A stretch of DNA of 64,000 bases from an uncultured Acidobacteriota bacterium (GCA_963843575.1 CAWJKZ010000011.1:64001-128000), one strand, 5' to 3'. Shown: positions 1-10,237, counted from the first letter of the stretch. The notes: generated by a model from the sequence alone, not told the origin. Translations and numbers: made by a program.

Positions 1-1
1 G

Positions 2-3000
2 CGCGACCGTTTCTCGCAGGCGCGCGGCATCGTCGATTTCACCCTCACCCGCCTGTTAGGGGACGAGGCCAGGCACGTTGCGCCCTTCCTCGACCGCCCC
101 TGGGGGGACCTGCTCACCCCGGACACGATCGTCGACCACTTCGCCGACCTGTTCGAGGTGCAGCCGGAGTTCCTGCCGATTGCGCAAAAGGTCCTCCCCT
201 ATTTTCGCGGCCAGGTCCCGTTGATGTTCGACAGCACGGCGCAGCGCGACCTCGCCTGGAGGCTCCTGAAACTGCTGATCCTGACGCACCTGTCTCCCCG
301 GCGGGAGTCGCTCGACGCGGAGCAGGCCGCGCAATGGCTTCTCCTGAGGGTTTCGAGCATCGACCCGAAGAAAAACCGGGACATCGTCCAGAAGGCGCTC
401 GAGACGATCGCGCGCCAGGGCGCCTACGTCAAGCAGCAGGGGACGGACTTTCGCCTCGACCTGGAGGACGACAGTAAGGAGCACCTCGACCAGCTGCTGT
501 CGAAGACCGTCGAGGAGATGCGCGGGCGCGGCGACTCGGTGTTCGAGGGCCTCGTGCCCCTGCTGCAGCACGCAGAGTTCAATCCGTTCGCTCAGCCGCG
601 GGACCGCTGGCACACGCGCAAGGTCCGCTGGCATTTCCACGAGTGGGACCTGCACGTTTATTTCGGCGGCAGCACCCCGCCGGAACAAAAGGGACTCGCC
701 CTGCAGGTCGGGCTCCCGTGGGGCGCGGCGCCCGAAGGCCCATGCCACCGCATCGTCCCCGCCCCGCTCGAGGCCGGCCCCGATCTGCTCGAGCTGGCCG
801 CCCTGCAGCAGCTCAGGGACAGACCGCTGCCGGCGCGGGTGCTGGCCCGCGTCCAGCAGCGCATCGCCTCGCGCTCGCCGGCGTTCTTCTCCCTCGTCCG
901 CAACGCCTACGTGGAGGCCTCCGTGCTGGACGCGGCCGGCGACAAGATCACGCCGCCGCTCGCGCCGCTGCACGGCGGCCTGGCCGGGTGGCTGAACTCC
1001 TACGGCGAGTGGATCCTGAGGCAGACCTACCCGCTGTTCGAGCGGTTCGCACCCGGGTTCGGGCCGCTGCCGCGCGAGGCGTACCGGCAGTTCATGAGGC
1101 ACGTCGCCGAACACGATCTCGGAGCCCCCGAGGCGCCGGACTACGTTAAGTTGATCCGCGAGGCCTACCTCGTCCCGATGCAGCTGATGCAGCGCAAGGG
1201 GACCGAGTACGTCGTCAGCCCCAAGCTCGAGGGGAACGAGCTGGTACGGCTCCTCGCCCCGATCCTCGAACACCACCCGTCGCCCGCGCGGGTCTACCAG
1301 CACCTGGGTTCCCCGGTCTATGGCCTGGTCCCCGACCAGGTTCACCTGCTGCTGCTCGTGCTGCTGATCCAGGGCGAGATCGACATCGTGAAGGGAGAGC
1401 AGTCCTATCGCGAGGTCTACGAGACGCTGCCGAATCCGCTGCAATACGACAGGATCCTGCCGGGCCAGGCGCTCAGCCTCAACCAGCTGCGCGAGCTGCA
1501 GGCCTTCTGCGAGGGGTTCCGCATCCCCGTCCCGAGGCAGTGGAGCGTTCTGACGCAGAAGCGCGCCGTCGAGCAGCTGCGCCGGTACGGCAGCCGTCAG
1601 CGGGACCAGCTGAGCGAGTTCGCCACCCGGCTGAAGGCGTCGGGGGAGGCGGGCGACGTCACGGCGCGGGTCGAGGCCCTCATTTCGAAATGGCTGGCGC
1701 TGGAGAAGGGGGAACACGAGATCCAGGCGTTTCAGCACTTCGAGGTCGCGGCCGGCTCCGCCCGGAGGTTCGTGGTCGAAGCCAACGAAATCGCCTCGCT
1801 GCCGCAGCGCTTCGAGCGCCTGCTGCGGGAAGCGCAGCGCTACCGCCACCTCTTCGGCGACTCGCGCCTCGCCGGGTGCGCGTCCCCGGACATCGCCACG
1901 CGGCTCGAGGCGCTGCAGCCTGCCCCGCCGCTGTCGGAGCCCGAGGAACTCGACCGCTGGCTCGAACGCGCCCGCGCTCTCTACCAGCACTACCAGGATT
2001 GGTATCGCACGCGGCACGAACAGTGGCGCGACGCCGCCGGCCGCCACCCGGTCTGGACCTACCGCGTCCCCGCGATCGCGCGCAGCAGACACGTGATGAC
2101 CGCCGGGCTGGTCCAGGAGGTGGAGACGCTGGCGGCGGAGGCGAAGGCGCTGCGCTGCGCGGGGCTGACACCGCTCGAGTTTCAACCGGTCTGCCGGTGC
2201 GGCTTCGACGGCGTCGACGGCCCGCTTTCGGGAACGCTGCGCCGCTTCGAGGACGCCTCGCGCCGGTTGGAGCAGGAGGTCGCCCTGTTCTTCCAACAGG
2301 ACAAGGTCAAGGCACGGGTGCGCGAGTGGGTCGACCAGGGCGTCGAGTTGAGCACGCCGACGCTTTCGTACCTCGAGGGGAAGAGCCGGTACCCGGAGGT
2401 GGACAGCGTCGCCCTGTTCGATCAGCACCTCTCCGGGCTCGAGCTCGTCAAGCCGGTCGAGGCCGCTGAGCTGCTGGACGTGCTGGGCGAGCGGGTCTGG
2501 GAGAAGGGGGCGCTCATGCAGGCGCTGGAGCGGTTTTTCGAACGCGCCGGCCCCCGGATCTCCCTGCGACGCAGGGAGCCGGCGCCGAGAAAGGACCTGG
2601 TCGCGTGGTGCTACGCGCAGGCCCTGGCGCACGGGCAACCGCTCCCGCCGGTGTTCTCGCCGGCGGAGCAGGGACTCGCCGCCGGCCTGATCGATCCGCG
2701 CGGTGTCGGCGAGGCGGCGCTGCGGAACATCGAGGGGCTGGGATTGGGCGAGGAAGCCCTCCTGCGGGTCGTCGGAATGGTGCTCGACGGCGCGGTGCAG
2801 CCGGGAAGCCGGCCTGCTTCGGGCCCGGTGGCGGCGGCCCTGCAGCTCCTCTCGCCCGCCCGGCCCCGGACCGCCGGGGACCTGGCGGAACTGGCGACGG
2901 CGCTCTACGAACAGCACGGGAGATTGATGAAGCTGCGGCCACAGCCCTGGCTGGCGCGGCTGGAGGAGTTGGCCCAGGCCGAACTGGCGGATGCGCCGGG

Positions 3001-3451
3001 GCCGCTCGCGGATGTCCTCCGGGAGCACGCGGGGGCACAGTGGGTGGTGGTCGACTGCCTCGGGCTGCCGTTGCTTCGGACCGTGTCGGACCTGTTGCCG
3101 GAGTGCTTCCCGCACAGACGTGCGAGTACGCCGCGGTTTGCCGCGGTCTCCGAGCGCACCACAACGAGCGGGTTCTACGACGGGCTGATCGGGCAGGGGT
3201 TGGGAAAGAGCTTCGAGAAGATCGATGCGGTCGACCGGCTGGTGCACGAGCGCACGACGATGGCGGAACTGGCCCGGCTGGCGCGCGCCGAGCTGGAGGT
3301 CGCGTTCAGGAAGGTGAACGCCCGGCTGGACGCCTCTCAACCGGTCGCCATCTTCGGCGACCACGGCTTCCGCCTGGCCGCCGACGGCATCTCGTTTGCC
3401 CACGGCGGCCCCTCCACCCTGGAGCGCCTCACGCCGGTCTTCCTGATGTAA
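2..3451 (+). CDS. BrxC/PglY-like (DUF6079-type) ATPase, C-terminal part, fused to a PglZ-like alkaline-phosphatase-superfamily domain; 5' end outside the window
   Basis: Frame is open from base 2 (RDRFSQARGIVDF...), upstream of the annotated GTG at 158. Long helical region with the Cys motif LRC...PVCRCGF. C-terminal ~170 aa has PglZ-like motifs VVVDCLG, RTTT, DRLVH, GDHGF, HGGPSTLE. The Walker motifs would lie upstream of the window. Confidence 0.65.
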   Translation, partial: RDRFSQARGIVDFTLTRLLGDEARHVAPFLDRPWGDLLTPDTIVDHFADLFEVQPEFLPIAQKVLPYFRGQVPLMFDSTAQRDLAWRLLKLLILTHLSPRRESLDAEQAAQWLLLRVSSIDPKKNRDIVQKALETIARQGAYVKQQGTDFRLDLEDDSKEHLDQLLSKTVEEMRGRGDSVFEGLVPLLQHAEFNPFAQPRDRWHTRKVRWHFHEWDLHVYFGGSTPPEQKGLALQVGLPWGAAPEGPCHRIVPAPLEAGPDLLELAALQQLRDRPLPARVLARVQQRIASRSPAFFSLVRNAYVEASVLDAAGDKITPPLAPLHGGLAGWLNSYGEWILRQTYPLFERFAPGFGPLPREAYRQFMRHVAEHDLGAPEAPDYVKLIREAYLVPMQLMQRKGTEYVVSPKLEGNELVRLLAPILEHHPSPARVYQHLGSPVYGLVPDQVHLLLLVLLIQGEIDIVKGEQSYREVYETLPNPLQYDRILPGQALSLNQLRELQAFCEGFRIPVPRQWSVLTQKRAVEQLRRYGSRQRDQLSEFATRLKASGEAGDVTARVEALISKWLALEKGEHEIQAFQHFEVAAGSARRFVVEANEIASLPQRFERLLREAQRYRHLFGDSRLAGCASPDIATRLEALQPAPPLSEPEELDRWLERARALYQHYQDWYRTRHEQWRDAAGRHPVWTYRVPAIARSRHVMTAGLVQEVETLAAEAKALRCAGLTPLEFQPVCRCGFDGVDGPLSGTLRRFEDASRRLEQEVALFFQQDKVKARVREWVDQGVELSTPTLSYLEGKSRYPEVDSVALFDQHLSGLELVKPVEAAELLDVLGERVWEKGALMQALERFFERAGPRISLRRREPAPRKDLVAWCYAQALAHGQPLPPVFSPAEQGLAAGLIDPRGVGEAALRNIEGLGLGEEALLRVVGMVLDGAVQPGSRPASGPVAAALQLLSPARPRTAGDLAELATALYEQHGRLMKLRPQPWLARLEELAQAELADAPGPLADVLREHAGAQWVVVDCLGLPLLRTVSDLLPECFPHRRASTPRFAAVSERTTTSGFYDGLIGQGLGKSFEKIDAVDRLVHERTTMAELARLARAELEVAFRKVNARLDASQPVAIFGDHGFRLAADGISFAHGGPSTLERLTPVFLM

Positions 3452-3454
3452 AAC

Positions 3455-3504
3455 GTGCGGCGCCCAGGCGCCGCTCCCAAAGCGGCGTCGAGCCGCCGCA
3501 CTCC
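3455..3504. repeat. REP family A copy (GGAG-tagged hairpin)
   Basis: gtgcggcgcccaggcgccgctcccaaagcggcgtcgagccgccgcactcc matches the RAYT-flanking repeats. Confidence 0.85.
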
Positions 3505-3513
3505 ATAGAGGAT

Positions 3514-4455
3514 ATGACCGGCCCGGTCGTGGCGACCTTGAGACAGAACATGTTCAGCGCCCTGGCCGAAGGCCGGCTCGCCGACGCCGAAGACATCCTG
3601 GCGCACCTGAAACGTGAAGACCCGCTCAGCCAGGAAACACGCGGTTTCGAGCTGGAACTCCTCCTGAACTCCAACCGGCCGACCGAGGCCGCCGCGCTCG
3701 CGCGGCAGTTGTGCCGGCTTTTTCCGCAGTCGGCGCGGATCGCCTTCCTGGCCGGGAAAACGGCGTACCGGATGAGGCAGTACGACGAGGCGGAAGCGCA
3801 CTTCCGCGAGAGCCAGCGGCTCTATCCTCACTGGCGCACGCAGCAGTGGCTGGGCAAGACCCTCACTCAGCGCGGGAGCTTCGCCGAGGCCGAGGCGCTG
3901 CTGATCGCCACCCGCGAGCACACCGGCGGAGCCCTGCTGGACCTCGCTTGGCTTTACGAGAGGAAGGGCGACCTCGAGACCGCGCTGAAGGCGTGCGAAG
4001 ACTTTCTGGCCGCACATCCCGGGCAGCCCTATGCGGAACAGCAGCGGCTCAGGCTCAAAGCCAGGATGCTCGAGCCGGAATCCCTGATCGGCGAGATGGG
4101 CGCCCTGGGGGAGCTCGGGGAGGAGATTCCCGCGCCGCTGTTCCCGGAGTTCGTGCAGAAACTGTTCGAGACCGGACAGACGGAGGAGGCGCGGGAGAAG
4201 GTTGCGGCTCAGATGAGCCGTCTCGATGAGCGGACAGGCTCCCGGGTGGCGTGGGTGTGCTACCGGGCGCGCGCATACGACCTCGCCTGCGCGCTCTTCC
4301 TGGCGCACCTGCGCGGGAACCTGCACTACTACAAGTACCTGAACGCGCTGGAGGCGGCGGCCCGCAGGTGCGACCGCGTCCCCCAGGTCCTCGAAGCCTA
4401 CCGCGCCCTGTTTTCCGAAGCCCCCCACCTCCACGGCCGCTGCAAACGCCTTTAA
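3514..4455 (+). CDS. Tetratricopeptide repeat protein
   Basis: ATG 3514 after GAGGA; TPR-like helices (LAGKTAYRMRQYDEAEAHFRES, LGKTLTQRGSFAEAEALL, LAWLYERKGDLETALKACE). The ORF-track start at 2605 overlaps the previous gene. Confidence 0.8.
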   Translation: MTGPVVATLRQNMFSALAEGRLADAEDILAHLKREDPLSQETRGFELELLLNSNRPTEAAALARQLCRLFPQSARIAFLAGKTAYRMRQYDEAEAHFRESQRLYPHWRTQQWLGKTLTQRGSFAEAEALLIATREHTGGALLDLAWLYERKGDLETALKACEDFLAAHPGQPYAEQQRLRLKARMLEPESLIGEMGALGELGEEIPAPLFPEFVQKLFETGQTEEAREKVAAQMSRLDERTGSRVAWVCYRARAYDLACALFLAHLRGNLHYYKYLNALEAAARRCDRVPQVLEAYRALFSEAPHLHGRCKRL

Positions 4456-4459
4456 TTAT

Positions 4460-4506
4460 GGAGTGCGGCGGCTTGACGCCGCTTTGTGGACGGCGCCTCG
4501 GCGCCG
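4460..4506 (+). repeat. REP family A, left inverted repeat of the RAYT locus
   Basis: ggagtgcggcggcttgacgccgctttgtggacggcgcctcggcgccg; 46/47 identical to the reverse complement of 5109-5155. Confidence 0.92.
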
Positions 4507-4521
4507 CCCTTCCCCGAGTTC

Positions 4522-5066
4522 CTAATAATCATCCACCACGTGCAGCCGGTCGATTCTGAAGCTCTTCACCAAGTTAACGAAAGCGCTGTCGCCGTTGCCT
4601 TCAAACCACGCCGCTGAACACCACGGATACTGCGATGCGACCTTCACGACGCCGTGATGCACCGGGTTCTCGTGCACATATTTCAGACGCGCCAGATACG
4701 ACCGTTCGTGGGTGACCAGGGTGTCGAAGTATTGATACATAACCCTCCGCCCGGGAGTCCCGTCCAGCAGGTTCAAGGCCTTGGCTATACCGTGGTGCAG
4801 CTTGTTCACCATCTTGGCCAGGGTGCGGACGTCGGGCGGGGACAAGGCCACGAAGTGGTAGTGATTGACCAGGACCGACCAAGCCTCGAGTTCCCAACCG
4901 AACTCGCACGCACAGTCGAACAGTTGCTCCAGCGCCAGGTCGAGCCGCTCGGGCGTGTCCAGGATGTGCGACTTCTGGTAGGTGCCCGCGGTGACCATGT
5001 AGGCGCCGCCTTCGGGTAACCGGTGCGCGGGTGCGTGGTGCAACGCAACGGCGAGGGAGTTTTCAT
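4522..5066 (-). mobile_element. rayT: REP-associated tyrosine transposase (RAYT, Y1 HUH family)
   Basis: YMVTAGT, HUH motif NHYH, catalytic YVHENPV, C-terminal YPWCS; flanked by inverted REPs. Reads from TTG 5043, or from ATG 5066 if one G is missing near 5042 (MKTPSPLR-W-HHAPAH). Confidence 0.88.
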
Positions 5067-5108
5067 GGCCTACGAAGATTAATCGCCAGCTGAGGGATTA
5101 TTTCGCGA

Positions 5109-5155
5109 CGGCGCCGAGGCGCCGTCCACAAAGCGGCGTCGAGCCGCCGCACTCC
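5109..5155 (-). repeat. REP family A, right inverted repeat of the RAYT locus
   Basis: cggcgccgaggcgccgtccacaaagcggcgtcgagccgccgcactcc. Confidence 0.92.
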
Positions 5156-5191
5156 AAAGGACACCCAAATCTTTAATAATTAAGAATTGTA

Positions 5192-5251
5192 TTGACTTAG
5201 GGCCTGGCGCGTCATACCTTGCCTTGATCACAGGTCTTAAATCTTTAAGAC
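5192..5251 (+). promoter_or_regulatory. Sigma70-type promoter plus palindromic operator upstream of the BlaI-family gene
   Basis: TTGACT(5192)-17 bp-TACCTT(5215); perfect inverted repeat GTCTTAAA-tc-TTTAAGAC at 5234-5251 just downstream, the usual position of a BlaI/CopY autorepression site. Confidence 0.6.
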
Positions 5252-5267
5252 AATCGGGTGAGCCAAA

Positions 5268-5657
5268 GTGCCACGCAGGAGGTCTCCGACCCTGACGGAA
5301 GGTGAACTCAGGTTGATGCAGATCCTTTGGGACAAACGCTCCGGAACGGTCGGCGACCTGGTCGAGCACCTGCAGCCCGAGACGGCGCTGGCCTACAAGA
5401 CCGTGCTCACGACGGCCCGGATCCTCGAAGCCAAGGGCTACGTGCGGCACGAAAAGCGCGGGCGGGCTTTCGTGTATTTCCCGGTTATCGAAAAGCGGCA
5501 CGCGCGGCACAACGCGTTGCGCTACCTTCTCACACGGTTTTTCGACAACTCGCCGGCGGCCCTGATGTTGAACCTCCTGCAGGACGAGGAGCTCGACCCT
5601 CGGGAGCTGGCGCGTCTCAAGCAGCTGATCAAGGCGGAGCTGAGCTCGTGGAGCTGA
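5268..5657 (+). CDS. BlaI/MecI/CopY family transcriptional repressor
   Basis: LTEGELRLMQILW...LAYKTVLTTARILEAKGYV...RAFVYFP winged-helix signature. Confidence 0.93.
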   Translation: MPRRRSPTLTEGELRLMQILWDKRSGTVGDLVEHLQPETALAYKTVLTTARILEAKGYVRHEKRGRAFVYFPVIEKRHARHNALRYLLTRFFDNSPAALMLNLLQDEELDPRELARLKQLIKAELSSWS

Positions 5658-7018
5658 TGTGTGAAACCCTCTGGCAGGGGTGTCGGACTTGCGCTGGTGG
5701 CCTGGTGTCTGCTCGTCGTCTTGCGCTGGTCGCGCGCTTCGGTGCGCTACGCGGTCCTGTGGGCTTCGATTGCCGCGGCCGTGTCGCTGCCGCTGCTGCG
5801 CCGGATACCGGGAGCGAGCCGGCGGCCGGAGTCGCCGCGGGCCAGGCGCATCTTCCCGCTCCAGCTCACACGTCCCGGCCGCCGGCGATTTTCGGGTAAA
5901 GTTCGCGGCGGCGCTGTGGCTGCTCGTCGCGACGCTGCTGGTGCTGCGCCTCGCGCTCGGGATCGTGGGCAGCGCGCCGGATGCGAGCGCGGTGCGCGCC
6001 GGCACCCGCGTCCGTCCTGCGCCGGCTCCGGGTTCCGATCGGGCGCCGCGGTTTTGCGGGCGAGCTGCTCCTGTGCGACGAGGTCCGCATCCCGTCGGTG
6101 CTTGGGCTCTTCCGCCCCGCGATCGTCATGTCACGTCGGCTCGTGGAGAGCTTGAGCGACGACGAGCTCGACCAGGTCCTCCTGCACGAGTGGGCGCACA
6201 TCCGGAGGCGCGACCAGTGGGCCAAGCTTGCCCAGGGCGCCGTCCGGTGCCTCTGGTTTTTCCACCCGGGGATGTGGTGGCTGAGCCGCAGCCTCGACCT
6301 TGAGCGGGAGATCGCCTGCGACGAGTGGGTGACGTCGCGGACACGCGCCCCGCGTCTCTATGCGTCCGCGTTGACCTCGGTCGCGCAGTCCCTCGTCGGC
6401 CCGCAACGGCTCGGGACGGCGCCGCAGACTGCGACATCCCGCCGGGAGATCACCCTCAGGGTGGAGCGGTTGCTGCGGAGCGAGGGGCGGCCGCCTCTCG
6501 CCATCGGGTGGAGTTGGGTGGCTGCTGGCGTGCTGTTCGCGGCGGGTGCGGCAGCGGTCCACCATTCCATGCCGGCGTTTACGCGCGATGGTGCGGGGGA
6601 AGCGCTCGTCCTTTCAGGGACCTCCCCGATCATCACTCCGGCCGCGGAGCTCGTCGGTCCCGCCGCCGAGAAGCCGCTGCCGCGTCGTGCGCCGCAGCAG
6701 GCGCGCGCTCAAAGCCGCGCGCAGTTGCCGCCGGCCGCAGATGACACGCCTGCGGCGCCGCAGGCCGACCCGGGCGAAACAGCACGCACGGAAATAGCGG
6801 GGGCAGCGGCGGGCGAGCTGCCGGGGCCCCGTTCGATGGAACTGAATGAGCTATTAATTGATGCATCCTCCCCCCCCTCATTAGCCTCAGGGCAGAAGCG
6901 CGTGGGCTTGATCGATGTGTCGGGCTTCCACAGCCTGGCCGGCAGCCTTGCGCGCTCCGGCAAGGGCGCTGGTGGATTCTTCCAGAGGCTGGCAGTCTCG
7001 ACGCGAGACTCTTTTTGA
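5657..7018 (+). CDS. M56 (BlaR1/MecR1-type) membrane metallopeptidase, frameshifted in the N-terminal third
   Basis: TGATG overlap with the repressor; MCETLWQG start; HEWAHIRRRD zinc motif, WFFHPGMWW, EREIACDE; pieces lie in several frames between 5657 and ~6000. Confidence 0.85.
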
Positions 7019-7085
7019 GCAAAACCCGAAAGCCGAAGACCTGATTTGGAATTTTTAAGGTAATATCTGCAATGGAGCAAAACAT

Positions 7086-8589
7086 ATGACGATTCATCTG
7101 GTGAATCCCAGCGATGTTTCCTTCGGTATCGGCGTCATCACGCCCCGTTGGCTGTATGTGCTTGCGGCTGCGACGCCGCGCGAGCACGGCGACCCGCTGC
7201 TCACCGACGAGACGCTGGAGCAGCTCGATGTGTCCACAATACGGTGCCGGCGATGTCGTCGGGATCGGGATCCACACGGGCAACGCCCTGCGCGGGTACG
7301 AGGTGGGCCGGATGGCGCGCGAGCGCGGCGCGTACGTGGTCTACGGCGGCATTCACGCCGGCCTGTATCCCGAGGAGGCGCGCGAACTCGGCGGTGCGCA
7401 CGCGGTCGTGCGCGGTGACGGCGACGTCGTGTGGGGGAAAGTCGTGGCCGACTGCCTCAACGGCGGGCCTGCCCCCATCTACGACGCCGGGCAGGTGGCC
7501 GGGTGCGACATGCTCCCGGCGCGCTGGGACCTGCTGCCGCCCAACCGCTACATGTGGGCTTCCGTCCAGACCGTGCGCGGCTGTCCGAAACACTGCTCCT
7601 TCTGTTCCGTCTGGCGCACGGACGGCCAGGCCCCGCGCCAGCGCAGCCCGGAGTCGATCATGCACGAGGCCGTCGAGCTGCGCCGGATGGGTTTCCGTTA
7701 CCTCGCCCTGTCGGACGACAATTTCTACCCCGTCTCGCTGGGCGACCTGGAGATGGCGCGGCGCCGCGAAGACAAGACCCGCCTGCACGAACTCGAGCGC
7801 CTTCGGGCCGAGCGGCTCGAACTGATGCGCCGGCTGGCGCAGCTCCCGTCGGACACGGTGATGTTCACCCAGATCACGATGGAAGCGGCCGAGGACAAAG
7901 AGTTCCTGAAAGGCATGCACGACGCGCGCATCAAGGGGGCCCTGGTCGGGGTGGAGTCGATCGGGGAGGAGGGGCTCAAATCGATCTACAAGGGATTCAA
8001 CCAGACGGGTGAGGCGCTCGTCCGCAGCCTGCAGGCGTTTCGCGAGGCGGGCGTCCACGTCCTGGGATCGTTTATTTTCGGCCTCCCGAGCGACACGGCC
8101 GGAGCCTGGGACGCCACGGTCGCGCTGGCGCAGCAGGCCTCGGTGACCTTCGCCCAGTTCGTCATCCTGACGCCGTTCCCGGGGACCCTCGATTTCGCGA
8201 GGTGGGAAGCCGGGTTCAACGGCAGCCCCGACATGGTCGACGGCGTTCCCGTGACCCGGCACTGGCTGCTCCCGAAGCACAGGCGGCCGAAGATCTTCTC
8301 GCCGCACCCGACGATGTCGGGCGAAGAGATCCGGACCCGCACCCAGGGCGCGTGGGACAAGTTCTACAGCCTGCCCCTGGTCTGGCAGCGGGCGCGGTGC
8401 GTCAAGACGCTGCGTTCGCGGCTGGCCTTCGTGCTGATTTCGAAGCTCTACCGGCAGATGTACGCCAACACCGGGATCTCCACCGACAGCGCCCGCGTGG
8501 CGCGCGCGGCCCGGTGGGCGCGCCTGATCGCAAAAGGCTGCCTGCGCCTGTTCGCCGGCACCCCCATGCCCGAACTGCAGGTGCCGTAG
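7086..8589 (+). CDS. B12-binding-domain radical SAM protein (1-base frameshift at ~7242)
   Basis: MTIHLVNPS...PRWLYVLA N-terminus, VYGGIHA cobalamin-domain motif, RGCPKHCSFC, DDNF, GVES, GSFIFG. Confidence 0.88.
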
Positions 8590-8592
8590 CTC

Positions 8593-8800
8593 GGAGTGCG
8601 GCGCCTCGGCGCCGCCTCGACGCGGCCCGTCGAGCCGGCGCACTCGGCGCCGCATAATTGCTCTGAGACTCCGCGTCGAGCTGCCGTAGCTCCATAGGGT
8701 AGGCCAGACGGGCTCGCATGGCTGCCGCCCGGTCCCGGCACCCCTATCGCACCCGGAGCGCGGCGCCGAGGCTCTTGCGAGCTCGGCGCCTGGGCGCCGA
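8593..8800. repeat. Degenerate REP family A copies between convergent genes
   Basis: ggagtgcggcgcctcggcgccgc at 8593; ggagcgcggcgccgagg...ggcgcctgggcgccg at ~8755-8800. Confidence 0.7.
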
Positions 8801-8849
8801 CCAGGAATCAGTTCATCCGATAGATTCTTTAGATACTCCTCCAGTATAG

Positions 8850-8876
8850 CCGCACTGGGGTCATGGCAGTGCGGCG
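8850..8876. terminator. GC-rich hairpin downstream of the oxidoreductase stop
   Basis: gccgcactg-N9-cagtgcggc, 9-bp stem; no clear U-tract. Confidence 0.3.
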
Positions 8877-8904
8877 TCAAGCCCTGCCTCACGGGATGCA
8901 CTTC

Positions 8905-10237
8905 CTAAACCACGAGCTTCCAGGGTGGGCGATAGTCGCGCGTGAGAAGCCTCTGGGCGGCGGGGCTGCCGCCGGTCAGTTTCTGGTTCGCGACATCCCA
9001 GACGATCCGCTCCTTTGCGCGCAGCGCGACGTTGGCCAGCAGGCAGGCGCTGCTGGAGCGATGCCCGTATTCGATATCGCTCATCGGGCGTGGCGCGGCT
9101 CTTCATGCACTCGATCAGGTTTCCGACGTGGTTGTACAGGCCGTCGTCCACCTGATCCATCTGCATCGTCGCCGTCCGGTCCACCTCTTTCTTCTGCACG
9201 GTCTTCTTTTCCGGGAAGACCCGAAAGCCGGACCGGTCGAGGAACATCGTCCCGTCGGAACCGTGAAACTCGATGCCGTAGCCCTTGCCGTACATCGAAT
9301 TCTCGTTGAGCAGCCGGTTCTCGTAGGTGCAGATGAAGGCCGGGTATTCGAACGTGACCTGCAGCGTGTCGGGGGTTTCGCTGTTGTCCTCGCAGGTAGA
9401 ACTTGGATCCCGAGGAAGAGATCGCCGTCGGGCCGTCCACCTTCATCGCCCACTGCACGATGTCGAGGAGGTGGATGCACCAGTCGCCCAGCCAGCCGTT
9501 GGCGTAGTCGTAGAAGTAGCGGAAAGTGGACCAGCGGTCGCCGACGCCGAAGCGATTCCAGTTGAACGGCACCTTGGGCGCCGGGCCGAGCCACATGTCC
9601 CAGTCGAGACCGGCGGGCGGTTCGCTGTCTGCCGGGTTGCCGATCCCCTCCGGGTAGCTGTTGCCGTAGTTCCAGGTGCGCACGAAGGTGATCTTCCCGA
9701 GCAGCCCCTGCTGAACGATCTGAGCGGCCCGCTGGAAGTGCAGGTTCGAGCGTTGCCAGAGGCCCACCTGCACGACGCGCTTGTACTTCCGCGCCGCCTC
9801 GACCATTTTCTTCCCTTCCTCGACGGCCACGCAGACCGGCTTCTCGACGAACACGTCCTTGCCGGCCTGGCAGGCCATGATGGCCGGAAGCGCGTGCCAG
9901 TGATCGGGGGTGGCGTTGATCACCACGTCGACGTCCTTGTTGTCCAGCAGGCGCCGGAAGTCGCCATAGGTCGCCGGGCTGCCGCCCGCCTCCTCGAGCC
10001 CCTTCTGAGATTCGGCTGGTAGACGTCGCACAGGGCGACGATCTCCGCGCCGTGCCGCTTGAAGTTGCGCATGTTGTCGCGGCCCTGCCTCCCGGTGCCG
10101 ATGACCCCCACGCGGATGCGGTCGTTGGCCCCCAGGACGTTGCGGGTGCTGGCGCCGCACATCGAGATGCTGGCGCCAGCGGCAGTCCAGGCAGCCCGTT
10201 TCATGAAGTCCCGCCGGTCGATTTCGTCGTGTTGCAT
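8905..10237 (-). CDS. Gfo/Idh/MocA family oxidoreductase with Tat signal (about 3 frameshifts)
   Basis: DRRDFMK Tat motif; ANDRIRVGVIGTG; ATPDHWH, KDVFVEKP, LDWDMWLGPAP, DWCIHLLD; ends ...PPWKLVV*. Confidence 0.88.

Noticed and set aside
56-3403. 1115-aa reverse-strand ORF (likewise 10059-12746 +, 14348-16858 -, 50871-53363 +, 53551-55053 -)
   Set aside because: Antisense shadows of real genes, expected at high GC; Arg/Gly/Pro-rich with no motifs.
2605-3513. N-terminal 300 aa of the 616-aa ORF
   Set aside because: Overlaps the ATPase-PglZ gene and runs through a REP; the real start is ATG 3514 with an RBS.
4522-5066. IS200/IS605 insertion sequence
   Set aside because: No tnpB; the NPV and YPWxS motifs and flanking inverted repeats with dispersed copies fit RAYT better.
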